From: Hydrolagus colliei | Taxonomy: Eukaryota | NCBI GenBank assembly: GCA_035084275.1 | Contig: CM068759.1 | Span: forward strand, 9,176,001-9,240,000 | Direction: 5' to 3' | DNA length: 64,000 nt | The notes under the pieces: model-generated | The model's database searches: none | Told to the model about the DNA's origin: nothing | What the model saw: only the letters and a program-made list of their open reading frames with translations | In this document: positions 25,641 through 39,075 of the stretch, piece after piece | How positions within the stretch are numbered: position 1 is the first letter of the stretch | Layout: each line of letters starts with the position of its first letter | Made by a program: the position numbers and the translations under genes

Positions 25641-28600
25641 AGTCTCTAAACCAAATGCAAGCATAATGATGATTATGATTATTGCTGTAATCAGCAAGAC
25701 AATCAGAGTTACTATGGAGAAGGATTGACTGTCCTGTCATCCACTCTTAAAAATAAACAATAACAGGAAACTCTTTTTTGAATAAAATCGAAGTAGGGAA
25801 TGGAAGGTGAAACAAGAGGTGTGCAGGCCAGGTGCGAGTGTAGAGTACACTATGTTAGCACTCCGACTGGCGTCTGTAACAAGTACTGGTGTCTGTGTTC
25901 TGTCATCCTTATAACAGGGTTTCAATAGCACTACAGAACTGATCAGTGCTGGAAAAGGTCTCCAGTGGCTCTCAAACTGCATCTATTGGCATGTTACCAG
26001 GATATATTTGGCCTTGAGCTTTATTGTTCTGAATGGATTCTCAAGTATAACTTTTGTTTCTGTCGCATGTACAAATATACTTGTTCTGATGGATTTATAT
26101 TTTAGATTTTCATACTTAATCATCACAAGTCACAGTAAATGAATTCCAAATTATCCCGAACAAAATTCAGATTGTCATTGCATTGTCGATTCAATTGGAT
26201 TGGACTGGATTGTTTTGCATGGTTAATTGTCTACTGATGATCAACCAGTGATGCCTTCTGCTTAATCTTTCAGACTCATAGCCCATCTCATTGTTCTCCA
26301 GCTAAGCCTCGTTTGCTTTCTAAAGCTGATGTATGTAGAAGTCTCGTTCTCCCAACAGAATTGTCCGTTGATGAATTAGATTGCAAGAAATGTAACTGGA
26401 TTACCCTGTAAGAAATTTAAAATGCAAAACACTGTACATTTTGATGCTAATTACATGAACGCTGCAAAGTATTAAAATTTACATGCAAAGGACAATTGAT
26501 TTCAGATAATTGAAGTTCTTCAAAATGCCAACCAATCCATTCTCCAAGTCACATAAACATTTAATGAAAGAATATTTAAACAAAAATGGTTGATTTTAGC
26601 AGGTTACTGAAAGTTATGTAGTTTAGTTTGTTTTATTGAGCAATCTGATCATACTCAGGGTAAAACTCTGCATTGCAAGGTGGAAAAGGAGAGAAGACAG
26701 GGGCAATTGGCAATTATTACCTGGTATTAAACATTGGTTTCAAAGCCTTGCAACTTGTACAGGAAAGTATGACTGAATGAGATTCACGCTCTTGAAGAAC
26801 TAGAAAATAATGAGTTAGAGTAGGGGTGGTGATAATGGATTGAATGTTGAGCGAGGAGCACATCAAGGTTCAGCCTACCTTCCATGACTCCAGGTGAATG
26901 TGGACAGAAACCTTTTCACATTGTGACCGAGGAAGATGAAAACTAATTTGTAGGCCCTGAGATGACTTGTTAATCAGTTAATTCAGAAAAAAATCAATGG
27001 GTATGGTCACCAGGGAGTGACATTGTCATCTTACTCCATAACTGGATCTGGGCATTTTACTTTTTTAAATTACCTGGGACGACGTCCTCCCGACGTGAAA
27101 GGCGCTATGCAATTTTGTTGTTATATCTAAGTACAGTATTCATCAATCGTGATAAACTAATTTGTAACCTCATCACTGGTGAAACGTTGGGTAGTGATCT
27201 TGGCAATTGTCTATTGGTGGGCAATTCAAAATGCTGTGTGGTCTTGTGGAGCCCTAAGCAATTCCTTTGTCCAGTTAAAGTGCAGTAAAGCGGCAATTGT
27301 TTGCGCAGTTGCTTTTTTCCCCCGCAAAAGACATATGTTGACAAGAAGGAGTAAGATTTCTCTCAATACTTGTGCACTTGTGGCTGGTAGAAGGAGCTGT
27401 GATTCAGACAGCTCTCAGTGGGAATTTGATGAAACTAGCAGAGTTGTCTAGAGAGAGAGGGCAGCTGGTTGTGGAATGACATATCAATATCTCCATCTGT
27501 CAGGTCATCTGAAACAGGCAGAGGATTAGAAGCCTTGAGACAGAATAGCGCAAAATAGGGTAAAGAGTCTTGTGACAAACCAAGGAAATCCAATAGGGCT
27601 CCACAAACTTAATTGAAAATTGTACCCCAAACCTCCATATTTCCACAAACTGTACTGAATTATAATCCCAAGGTATTAAGAGAGGCAAAGAGTGGGAAAA
27701 TATCGGCAAAGGGAATATTAACAATGGCAGAGAATCGGACGACAAATTTCTGAATTTGAAATGATAAGATCTATGTTCAGTACAAAGTAATATTCAAAGA
27801 ATAGAATTTCCTTAGGGTTGGAATATTTGGGCTTAATTTCCTCTATTCTTGCAGTTTGATTCGATTCGCTGATAACTTGCAAGTGATTCTTCGTTTTTTT
27901 TACTTACTAATTTGATTTCCTCTTTTATTGCTTCTGGATTATAGGCGCCAGTAATTCTGATTCATTTACACTCCCAAATGCATCAAGATAAGACAACACT
28001 CCATTTGAAGGAAATCACAGGATCTTCTTCTGCGAGCTTCTGTAACTATACGAGAACTGTATGATTTGCTCTGCTCCCTACACTAATACCCTCAGGGTCT
28101 AATCCCTTTATATTTGTCCTTTCACGAGCTCCTCACTGTTTCTCTCAATCAGAAAAAAACTTCTAATGTGTTCTAAATCGGCTGTGCTATGTAGATTTTT
28201 TGTGTAGCTTTATAGAATAAGATGAATAACCAAAACTCGAAGCACTCCCATGTAAAAACACGATAATCTGAAGTACTATGCAATTCTTTTAATCCCATAA
28301 ATCCCAAGGTATTAAAGTGGACATCAGTCATTTTCCAACACAACATTTGACAATTGTATCAGTCAAGGACTGATCATTCAGCAACTGCAGGCTCATTGCC
28401 AACAATGGCATCTGATACTTCTATTCTCAGTCATTATTTATATGATTTAGCATTTTGCCTAGGTAAAGGAATGACTGAGGACGTGAGCCCTCACTTTGTT
28501 CCTCTTCTTTGCACAATTAATTCCTCTGCGGGTTTCTTTTATGGCTGTCTAATAAGAATGTATAAATTCCTTCGAAAAAATAATAAATTGGTCACTCGAT

Positions 28601-30819
28601 CCATGACTGTTTGTGGTGCACTACAATGCACAACTGGCTGCTGCGTTTCAACCACAAAATATTTACATTTACAGTATATTCTGTGAAGGACCAAATGCCC
28701 TCAGAAGGAAAGAAAAATCAACTACTTGATATTTTTACTGCAACCAGCAGGCTGAATTTCACTAAGATACTTAAGTGGCAGGATTCCCACTTACTGTCAG
28801 CAGTAAAGTCCAACCCATATTCACTAAAATGTAATTTGCTCAAGCCCCATGCATCTGTACACCAAAATGATCCTTTGTCATTACTTTCTTTGATTTATTT
28901 CCTGCGCAACAGTATTTATGAGTGCTGTGTGCCTCATTAAACTTGCGATGCGGAATACACAGTGCATAATAAATGTTTACAAAAGCAATAAATATATTGC
29001 AAATGCTGGTAAATCACAAGTGCAATTTCTTTCATCCCTTCGCATCTACCACCATCCTCATTTTATGGCTTGAGACTGGTTGCAGCAAATGCGATTGCTG
29101 TGAAGAATAGGAAAGGATTTCTGAAGGTTCAATGGTCTGAGTGGATTGGCATTGGCACCTATTAATAATCAAGGAAATAATATTCAAATATTCGTTTTTA
29201 CATTTAACTACTAAAAAAAAATCACGTCCGGAGTTTACGTTTCTTCTCCAATTTTCTTTCTCCGTTATATAATTCCCCAATGATCTCAGTGACAACATTT
29301 CTGTAACAATCTGGGAATTAGAGTCTGGTTAGATACAATCAATAGACAAGAAAACCGAAAGAATGACAGAAAGTGATCCAAAATCCATAGGTGGTGCATT
29401 AGCACGTGACGGCTTGTGATTGATGTGCAAATTCCAAGCGAAGAGGTACAATTGATGCAAAATGAGACAAAAAGCAAGATGCTCTACAAGGTGCTCTTTA
29501 ACTTGGCCACACAGGAAATTAGAAACCTTGCATCAACAGTAACAGCACTTTACTTTTACGTACTGTAGCTCCTGTGATGTCAGGGGGAATTCTCAAAGCC
29601 TTTCACAGAATTGGTTGGGAGCCCAGGCTGGGAACTGGGGGAGGTGAGGAAACATTGGGGTGAGATGACCAAAAGTGCAGTCGAAAAGAGAGTCAAAATA
29701 ACATTGAGGCAAAAGGAATTGATGGGTGATCTCTCACTTCCTAGGATGCGTTTCCAGATAAGCACATATGTCTTTGTTCTCTGAGACATTTTCCTTTGTT
29801 CCTCCAAGAACATGCAACAAAATAATTTTACATTGTGTCAACTAAACTCACAGCATTCAGAAAAGCTTTGGAGAGGTTATAGGGATAATTGTCAAGGGAA
29901 ATAGACAAATACTGCAGAATGCTGCAGAATTATTAGTCAAAGTCCATGACACAAGATTTAAACCCACAAGATAGATCTTGCGTGGGTGTGGATAGATTCT
30001 CCAAATGGCCTTTTCTTTTCATGTTCTTGAAAAGGTGTGTGAAAGTGCAAATGTATCCCAATGTGAAAATGTTCACTGCTCATAATCTGGAAATCAATTT
30101 TTTGTACAATGTACACCAGGTGGAACAAAATAAAATTGTCTTCCAGATCTGGTGATAGATATAGAAGTTTATAGTTGTGTGGATTAAACTGCAGTCAATA
30201 GAAAAGTTCACAGCAGCGCGATCTGGTTGAGTTTGGCCCATTGACAAAATGGACCAGCTGAGAAATTAAATATTTCTGCACAACTTTGCGATGTCCTTCT
30301 GTTAGATGGCTGGCCTGGCATATCCCCATCATTTGCCTAACACAGTTTTTTTTTGGCACCATAATGTGATGTGCATATCCAAACCATATTTCTATACATC
30401 ATCTGCATACACTCACAGCGTTGGCTATTTTTTGAGATCCCAATAATCTTCTCACCTAGTTAAGCGATTGAAAACACAGTGTCAGTTCCAGTGTTGATCA
30501 GCAGCTATATTAACTTGAACCAACCCCATTAAAATTAACTTTAATTTGAATCTTATAATACCAAGCAACTGAGCAAGTGCATTTGACAGCTTGAAATTCT
30601 TAATTTGCCTGGAGCTCTCAAAACAAGTTCTGTTAACACACCAATTTTGCAAGCACATCTTTAATGTGTTTCCATATTCCTGATGTTTCATTATTTCGAT
30701 CAGTGAGGGTGAAAAAGCACTTGTACAGGGATACCGCAGCATAAATTGCATTGTTGGTTTGAAGCAGAGTTCTAGTGCGTTGGCATAATGCGGTCCCCTG
30801 CATTTTATGATAACATAAT

Positions 30820-30970
30820 AAAATAATATTGCTTGCATTTGGAATAAACCCTTTCACATCAGAAGCGTATCTCACAGTATTTCGCAGGACACACTATAAA
30901 ATGAAGTGACTGTGAATTTTGTAGCTGAATGTAGCAACCAATTTGTGCGCAACAGAGTGCCACAAATAGC
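30820..30970 (-). mobile_element. SINE family A 3' fragment
   Basis: Reverse-complement tail and core. Confidence 0.75.
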
Positions 30971-31502
30971 AAGTCTCAACGACATAATAAGGCACTATAT
31001 AATGCAAAGATGATTATTATTATTGTAAGAGCCATGAAGTGAGTGACCACATTTATTTGGGCGATTGTTGGCCAGGACACCAGGTGAAATTCCCTTCTCT
31101 TTTCAATTAGAGCCACGAGATCTTTATCGTTCACCTGGTCAGGCAGAGGGGACATTGGTTTAAAGTCTCACTCACTTTGGGTGACATGTCGGGTGGCAGA
31201 GAACTTGGTAGAGGGGAAGAGCTAAAGTTCACAATAAAAATAGCTTTGTTCCGTACATTTATAGAATTATACAGGTTTAACACCAAAAGAGTAAAGGGGA
31301 GATAAAGGAGATAGCTGCTTTCAGCGTAAGTGATTATTCCAAGCTCATTCTGTTTTTTGGTGACTGGAATGCCAGTGTAGCAGAATTGAACATATCTTCT
31401 CTTCCCCGAACCTGACTGTAAAATATTCAGCTCTCCACCTCAGGTGTTGTATAAGTTCAAAGTAACCCATGCTCTCCACTGCTTGAAGAAGAATTTGTCT
31501 TT

Positions 31503-31806
31503 GGAGGCCTGTAGCTCAGTGGTTAGAGACTTGCCTCGCAAGCGAGAGACCTCGGTTCAGTTCCTGGCAGGGCAAAATCTTGGGCAAGTTTACTTACTCC
31601 ACACTCCTGATATTAATCCCTCAAGAAAAGATACAATAATAAATTTCAATCTACAACTGGGTCACCACTGTGTGCAATTGGCTGCCGCATTTTGCCCGCA
31701 AATATGCAGTCAATTCACTTTACAGTATATTCTGTGAAGTGCTTTGAGATGTCCAGAAGATGTAAAAAGCGTTATATCAAATGCAAAAATTATTATTATT
31801 ATCATT
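31503..31806 (+). mobile_element. Full-length SINE family A
   Basis: Aligns end to end with the 23003 copy. Confidence 0.9.
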
Positions 31807-31940
31807 AACCATAGTGCCTATAGGGCAGTCTCGAGTGCAGCATGTCCCATTTCCAATCCTTGTTCTATCGCTCGTTGTGAGTGCATTTGGCAACTAGTGC
31901 TGAATTATGGTAGATTTTTGTGCTGGCAGCTAGATTTATA

Positions 31941-32786
31941 CTGCTCACATTCATTTCGCTTGAGATCTCTTACAGCCACCATTAAGAATAGGCTTCACTT
32001 AATCAGCCACTGCTGAATTTGAATCTAAATGCAGAAGTGTAATGCAAAGTGCCCCCTAGTTCCTACCCTTCTTGTCTGTGATTGTTTTATGCTCTGTGAG
32101 TGAGTCGTGAAGCCTGCAAGTCAATTGTCAGTATTTAAACTTCTGGCCTCCAGCTGGGATTCACTCCTGCTGAGCTGCTCATTCATCTATTCCTCAATTT
32201 AATTCCAACCATAGGCACCTACAGTGAAGAACAAAGTCATTAGAAATCAAATTCACTGATGTTTGTATTTCTGAGTCCTGTAGCTCAGTGGTTAGAGCAC
32301 TCACTTTCCAAGCGAGAGATCTGGGTTTGATTCTAGGCAGGACGGAATCTTGGGCAAGTTTCCTAATAATAATCCCTAAAAAAAAAATTTGGTCATTCAA
32401 TCTACGACTGTTTATGGGACGCTAATGTGCGCATTTGGCTGTTGCGTTTTACCCACAAATATGCAGTTAATTCACTTTACAGTATATTCTGTGAAGTGCT
32501 TTGAAACATCTAGAAGAGGTGAGAAGCACTAAATCAAATGCAAGGATTATTATTATTCTTATGTTAAAGTGAGAAGCAGGGGCATGACAAAAACGTTTCT
32601 TGTCCTTGGCTCACGTGTGCATCTAAACTGCTCACATTCATTTTACTTGAGATCCCTGATAGCCACCAGTAAGATTAGGCTTCACTTAATCAGCTACAGC
32701 TGAATTTGAATCCAAATGCAGAGATATAATGCAAAGTGTCCCTGGTTCCTACACTTCTTGCCGATAATCGCTTTATGTTCCGTGAG
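31941..32786. repeat. Diverged direct duplication of ~160 bp (31941-32100 and 32628-32786)
   Basis: Both contain CTGCTCACATTCATTT..TAGGCTTCACTTAATCAGC..GCTGAATTTGAATC..TAATGCAAAGTG..CTTCTTG. Confidence 0.9.
32273..32557 (+). mobile_element. Full-length SINE family A
   Basis: Aligns with the 23003 copy. Confidence 0.9.
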
Positions 32787-34136
32787 AAAATCTTGGAACT
32801 TTGCTCCTAAAATTGCACTCACAATTTTGCTGGTAAAAGTGTATCCAACTCTAGTCACTGCAGTAACGTCAGCTGAAGATTGAAGTGGTCTGCAGTGTAC
32901 CACTAAAGAGCAGTTTCAGGCTATTTAGTCTTCCTGATGTATCTTGAAGATATAACGTTCTTAAACCCTGAAACTTGTTTGAAGTAGTTTTTCTTGTCTT
33001 TCAAATACTTAACCCAATGGTCGACCTTACAAATACACCAGTGAAGATTTTTGATAAAATCTCTAACTGGATCAAATTGAAGAGAAATATTGAAGTCAAT
33101 CGCAATTCAAGCATATATATGTATTGTCTGTGTTGAGGACATCCAACTTGAAATGAAACTGAACAATGATATCTACGTCTTTAGAAACCAAACAAAATAT
33201 GAAGATTTTGGCAACACATGTATGTTGGCACGAGAGCTAATACAGTGACAAAGAATCAAAGTCTGCGTGTGGTGATTATTGATGTATTCTTTAATAAACA
33301 TGATGAAGGCAATTAATATTATTGGGTTCCAACCTGGGTGAAGCAATATGCTTCATTTCTCAACATGATTAGTTGCTGTGTTTCTCAGATTTGTGCATTT
33401 TTGCATTAATTGAGGTCTGATTTTATACATACAGTGAAAAATATTGGTCATTTTTCTTAATTAACGATTCCACCCATTGTACTCGAAAAGATGAAGTGAA
33501 TTTACTGGACTTGAAGAGATATTAGAAATTTATACTTCAATTTTAACCCACATTATTGTCCAACATTATCAATTACTTACTGTTGCTATTCAGATTAAAT
33601 ATATTCTGTGCAGAGAGTTGTAAATCTGAGCAAACGACACCTTTGGAGTGTCTCCTCCAGCATTTTATTGCCTCATAATATCTTATAACATTATTTTCAG
33701 TGATCGTGACAAATCTATTTTTAGAACCGGGTCTTTTATGGTGAATCATCAATAATTAGTCTATGAAAACGTAAAAGCTAAAAGGTCTATTAAAAATTGT
33801 GAAATGGTTTGTCTGATGGCAAAGTGAGCAAAGGCAATATGCCCATCATAAATATCTCTACTCCATTCAAACCAGTCTATGCTGATCACAGCCACTGCCG
33901 CAGTTGAATAACTACAGTTTAGAAGTCACTGAGCTAGTGAGGGGAAAATATATAATAATAATAATTCTTGCATTTGTTACAGAGACTTTCTGGAGGATGT
34001 CTCAAAGTACTTCACAGGATCTTATTGTGAAGTGTAGTGACTGTTCACCTCAGTGCCTTTTTTTAACCCAGTGGTTTCCATGTCTGTAGATTCTGCTCAT
34101 ACCTTTGGTCTTATTTGCCAAGCCACAGAAGATTTT

Positions 34137-34515
34137 AACAGCAACAAAATTACATTTGTAGAGCGCTTTTCACGTTGGGAGGATGTCCCAATGTGCAAAA
34201 CAGTCAGGTGTCGGGATCCTAGCAAGAGACAGCGGGGGCAGGGTTGGGATGAGGGAGGGCAGAGAGGTAGGACAGTGACTGAAGGGATGGTCGAAGAGGA
34301 GAGTCTTGAGACCAGCTTTGAAGGAGGCAAAGGAGGGAGCAAGGCAAAGGGATTGTGGGATGGAGTTCCAAAGTGTAGGGGCAGAGAGGCTCGGCCACCG
34401 ATGGTAGGGTGGGTTGGGGGGAAGACATGGCAAAGGCTGGAGCCTGCTGAACGGAGGGAGCGGACAGGTTGATAGGGGGGGTCAGCAAGTCAGAGAGGCA
34501 GACGTCGTGGAGGAT
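34137..34515 (-). mobile_element. L2 LINE 3' end (family B)
   Basis: APTLWNSIPQSLCLAPSFASFKAGLKTLLF plus tail. Confidence 0.9.
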
Positions 34516-35679
34516 GAACCAAAGATCAAGTCAAACACCTCGCAACTTGGATCAAATTCCAATTCAAAACAACTCACTCCAGCAACCACTTCAGTTTTTG
34601 TCGATACATTATATCCCTAACACGCTATTTTTGCTGCTGTGTTCATTTGCGGATTAAGATTTTAAAAAATCCATTTACTATATCAATCCATTTACTTAAT
34701 CTTTTTATGAGAGAATTTGCCCTTTATCCTTCACCTGTTATAGTCACATGTATTGAACAATTAATCCAGGCTTGTTGAAGCACAGACTGCTGACTGCTTG
34801 ATAACTACCACTATTATGCCGTACTGCAGAGTATTAGATCAGGCAGGTATGCAAGATGTACTAAAGTTAGTTCAGGCCATGTTTCGTGGTGTAGCATTCT
34901 GATGTTAATAATAATCCTTGCATGAAATATAGCGTCTTATCACATCTTTGAGACATGTCAGAATATACTGTGAAGTGAATTGACTGTGTTATTGTGGTTG
35001 TGGCTTAGATGCCATATGACAAAACTCACAATGTGTATTTCTTAGAGAAACGTTTCTCATTTTATAGGGTATTTTTTTTCCATTAAAAAAGAATTGCTTT
35101 TGGATATCAAAGAAATTTGAACTTTTTCTAGCAATAATTAAGGATTACCTTTCATACTTTTTTTTTGAATGTCTTGCTCATTACCAACGACCAAATCATC
35201 CAAATCATGGAGTGGGATAATTAAGGTGAAGAACAAAAAAATGATCACAGATGCTTTTCAAAATCTAGCCGAAGGCAAAGGTTAGAATGTCCCACTAATG
35301 GGATTCAAGCCTCCAGCAACTCTTCTCCTCTCACATAGCAACTCACTGGTTTATTCTGAATTTTCAGTATAATTAAATTCATGAATAAAATCACAGGTAC
35401 ATATTGGATTAGAATAAAGATGGCCAATATTCCTCTGGCATCCACAGTGATAGATATTGAGTATAGATATAGACGCATCACCTATGTGATCCTTCAAGAA
35501 TGCGTGTGCAGTAGATCAACGGCATTATATATCTTACTACTATAACCTTTGTTTCCTTAAAATGCAACATGCTTTATATATTGAATTGTCCCAGTTTAGT
35601 CTATCGATTTGGTACATCTTACTGACTAATGCAATTTAGTTATGTGTGTTGCTGCCCATTACTGGCAAATAGTGCATCG

Positions 35680-37140
35680 AAATGTTTCATTGTCTACTAA
35701 GATCCGACTACTGTAAGTCTTCACCTTACAAAGCTAGGGCGCAAATATTTCTGAATGGAGATAAATCGAAGCATGTGGAGGCTGGGGTAGGTGTCAAAGC
35801 ATATTCCTGCAAAATATCCTGTGAATCAATGAATCCTGCAGGAATTGTCAGATGTAACTCTGCTTGGGAACATATCTCGTCTCTGACTTCCAAAGCTGGA
35901 TATGGACAAAGGAAGTTCTTGTCACCCTGCAAGAGATTGGGATTCTCAACCCTGCAGTCGAGCAGTAATCCAGTGGACGAGCTGCAATAAACCATATCTG
36001 TAAGGCAAAGCATTGCAAATGATTAAATTCACCAGGAGCTTGAACCTTATTGCAACATGTGGCAACAACTGACATAAATTTACTGAAATAATCTAATGCG
36101 AAGTTATAATCTAGGTGGGAAGGGGAGAAACAGACGTATTCAGGTGTTTATACAGGTGTCCTGTAACTCAGTTGTCAGAGCACTCACCTTGCAAGCGAAA
36201 GATCTGGGTTCGATTCCCAGCAAGGCAAAACCTTGGGCAAGTTTCCTTATTCCGCACTTCTGATAATAATCCATCAAGAAAAAAAAAAAAAAATTGGTCA
36301 CTCAATCCATGATTGCTTGTGGGAAACTCCTGTGTGCAATTGGCTGTCGTGTTACGTGCACAAAAAACACAGTCAATTCACTTTACGGTACTGACAGTGA
36401 AAAGCGCTGTATCAAATTCAATGATTATTTTTATTAATTTAATATCACAATGCCAATCATGTTTACAAGAAAGAAATGATTTCTTTTCAGCAGTAATATT
36501 TCATACATAAATTTTGGGGGCTTAGCTTTGCCACAGTAATAACACAATAAAGTCACCAGCTATAAAACTAACATGTTCCTTAACTCTTAACAATAACATG
36601 CCTGCCATGCTAAACTCAGGCATTTTACCTTGATTTTAAGAGTGGCTGTCAATGGCCAACAATAATTATGTTTTCAGTGCATTGACGCTTGGAAGGTAAT
36701 ATTCCCCTTATTCCACCTCCTCTCACCAGGTGAAGTATAAATATCGAGTTGATCCTTATTTCATTCAAATCTATAGGCTATAATTTCATGGCAGCTGCTG
36801 GAGGCATAATAACATTGGTTTGTTGAGGTAATGTCCCAGGAACTCACTGCTGAGTCTGTGATCTGTGTACCCAGCGGTACCTTATAGCTTTCCTCTATGC
36901 ACACAAATTCAGTGATGGGTATAGTTGTGAGAGAAGGAGCTGAGTCAGTCTTGTTTTCAAAATCTGACCGCTGATTTGCCCCCCAATAGACTTCAACCAA
37001 ATGAATCGATGAAACCAAGTAGGTGTGAAGGGCCAAAGCCAGTATTGGAGATGGTTCTATACTAGCACAAACAGCTTGATCGCCTCCATCACAACAGATT
37101 TGCTGGTAATGTCTTTGAGACCATGACTTTCATCGTCAAC
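35680..37140 (-). mobile_element. Second decayed Gypsy pol fossil (RNase H to integrase Zn-binding region)
   Basis: SWSQRHYQQ, SPILAL, IMPPAAAMKL, LDIYTSPG, then LLQGDKNFLCP..VRDEI..ELHLTIPAG, in the expected order; SINE inserted at 36155. Confidence 0.4.
36155..36435 (+). mobile_element. SINE family A with internal deletion near the tail
   Basis: Head with GGTTCGATTCC B box, core and tail present. Confidence 0.85.
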
Positions 37141-38689
37141 TGTTACAATGAAAAGCTGGATAAATATCTGATTAAGAACAGGATTAAAGGCTATAAGTAA
37201 TAGTACAGACAGAGATGATCAAATGCTCTCTGGAACATTATAGTACTTGTTTGCTACTGGGACTGCGGTAGATAGTGCAGTGGTTCAGTTCTGCAGTTCG
37301 ATGGTTTAGAGTTGAATTTAAATACTGTACAACAACAACACATTGCTTTGATACAGTACCTTTCAGGTCAGGAGGACACCCCCAAGGTGCTGGAATTGCT
37401 AACGTTCACGTTTTTATTTTTGTCTCCTGTTCTGATGGACAAAAGATGATACATCTATTATTACAATTTGATTTGATTTGCCTCGCTTTGTGAAAGAACA
37501 ATTGGGTTTGTAATTGGAAGGTTGTTGGCCAAGGGAGCAGGAGGACTTTGCTTCTCGCACAATACCATCGGATCTTTATTGTTTGCAGACAGGAATTTGG
37601 TTTAACGTCTCACCCAAAAGTTGGCAGTTTTGACGATCAAGTGCCTCCCTTAGGATTGCACCAGAGTGCAGACTTGCAGGGTTAACATGAGCTGAATGGG
37701 AAGAATACCTTCCCCCAGTGACCAATCGTGGCACCACTATAGGTGAGCAATTGGGGAATCTTTATCTACTTTATTGGACAAAGGAATCCGAAAGAAATCT
37801 TTCCCGTTTTCTCAGACTATAAGGTAAATTTTAAGAGTATTTCTCCAATACAAATTCATTTCTCCAAAACAAAGACAAATGATTTTGACCTTTAAGTGCG
37901 TAATATGTGTGTAATCATTAGTAAATTGCAGCATGCTGTACTAACATCATGTTATCCCTCTGTGTGTAAATCCTCCTTGCTTGTTAAAAGAATTTGCCTC
38001 CAATAATTAGCAATGCAAAAACATCCTGCAATTCAGTAAAAAGTGAGTGTGCTGCAATATAAAGCAACGGCATAGAAATAGGCGACTTTTCCATAATGAT
38101 GAAATGGAACAACAAGGTGATATGACACAAAGGGCTCTCTGTAAGATTTAACTGTATATTAAAAAGTTATTAGATGATCTAAATTGCTTCATAAATAATT
38201 TTCGCAATAATGTTGTTATGGTTGCTTCCTATTTTAATTTACAGTTAAAACTATTATTTAAAGCTTGAACACACTAACAAGGAAAACTAAATGTAAATAG
38301 TGTTCTAAATTACTAGTCGTCATGCCAGTAATTGAGGTGTCAAAGACTCCCTGAATTACAAAGCACCATCACCACTGTTCTATGTAGAGCATGCTATAAT
38401 GGAAGCATTTATATTCTGTCACCACTGGGATGAAGGAGCAACATATCTTAGGAATAATGTAAATGCAGACTACTTAATAAAAAATATCTGCTATTCTTGT
38501 TTCTAAGCTATTTTCCCAAAGTAACTAAAATTCAAATCATTTGCACAGAGATGAGCGGTTGGCAGGTTGTATTAGTAGTGCAAATGTGAAATTTGTCACG
38601 TTTCACAACATATTCTTTGTTACTGTTACCCACTGGGGGTGGGGGGGCTGGGGTGGGAGGGAGAGGAAGGGTCAATATTGCTTCCATAA

Positions 38690-39075
38690 TGGGCTATTGC
38701 ATACAGCACTATGCAGCGAAGTGCTGAGACATACAGTTCAGAAGGTTGCAGCTTTGGTTCCTGGTTTGTGCTGAGATAGGTGATCTTGGCTGGACAGAAG
38801 TTGGAGCTTCAACAAGCCAGGACAAAGTGGGTGAAATACCAGCAAGATTCCTGATGGTGTGGCTCTCCAGTAACCCCAGTGTGTGCTTGTTTATGTGTCA
38901 TGTGTGGATGATGGAAAAGCAAAGGATCAGGCTTGGATACAAAGCTTCCTGCAGAACAAGTAACAATATTTGCTCTCTAACCTCACACATGAAGAATAAT
39001 TCGCTGGACAGCAGCATTTTAGGAACTGCGCTCAGCAACAGTCAGCAGTTGAAGGAGATAAGGGGAGAAAATTTG
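38690..39075 (+). mobile_element. Ancient SINE-like repeat, third family
   Basis: Shares TGTGCTG..., TCCAGT and CTCACACATGAAG with a weaker copy at 45860-46085. Confidence 0.45.

Larger units (their letters stand above)
29030..34900 (-). mobile_element. Highly decayed Gypsy/Ty3 pol fossil (RT-RNase H-integrase) interrupted by younger SINEs/LINEs
   Basis: Collinear degenerate motifs in broken frames: ELEFDP ~34560, RYL*WAYCLC ~33850, FYVFID*LL 33776-33750 (YxDD position), GLKLK ~33545, LQFDP ~33080, ILGAKFQDFLTEHKAI ~32800, YYVIIKCRGPHYANAL ~30800, FSAGPF ~30250, KLIS ~30090. Judged by eye only. Confidence 0.55.

Noticed and set aside
30385-30415. VYADDV on the minus strand, suggesting a LINE RT active site
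   Set aside because: Flanked by stops with no other LINE RT motifs; context fits the Gypsy integrase remnant better
31503-31572. tRNA-like genes (also 23003, 32273, 36155, 40691, 44428)
   Set aside because: Each continues into SINE body sequence and has broken stems; these are SINE heads
34053-34488. Overlapping 80-139 aa ORFs (similarly at 8052-8545, 25369-25740, 41465-41981)
   Set aside because: Arise from GC-rich L2 3' ends
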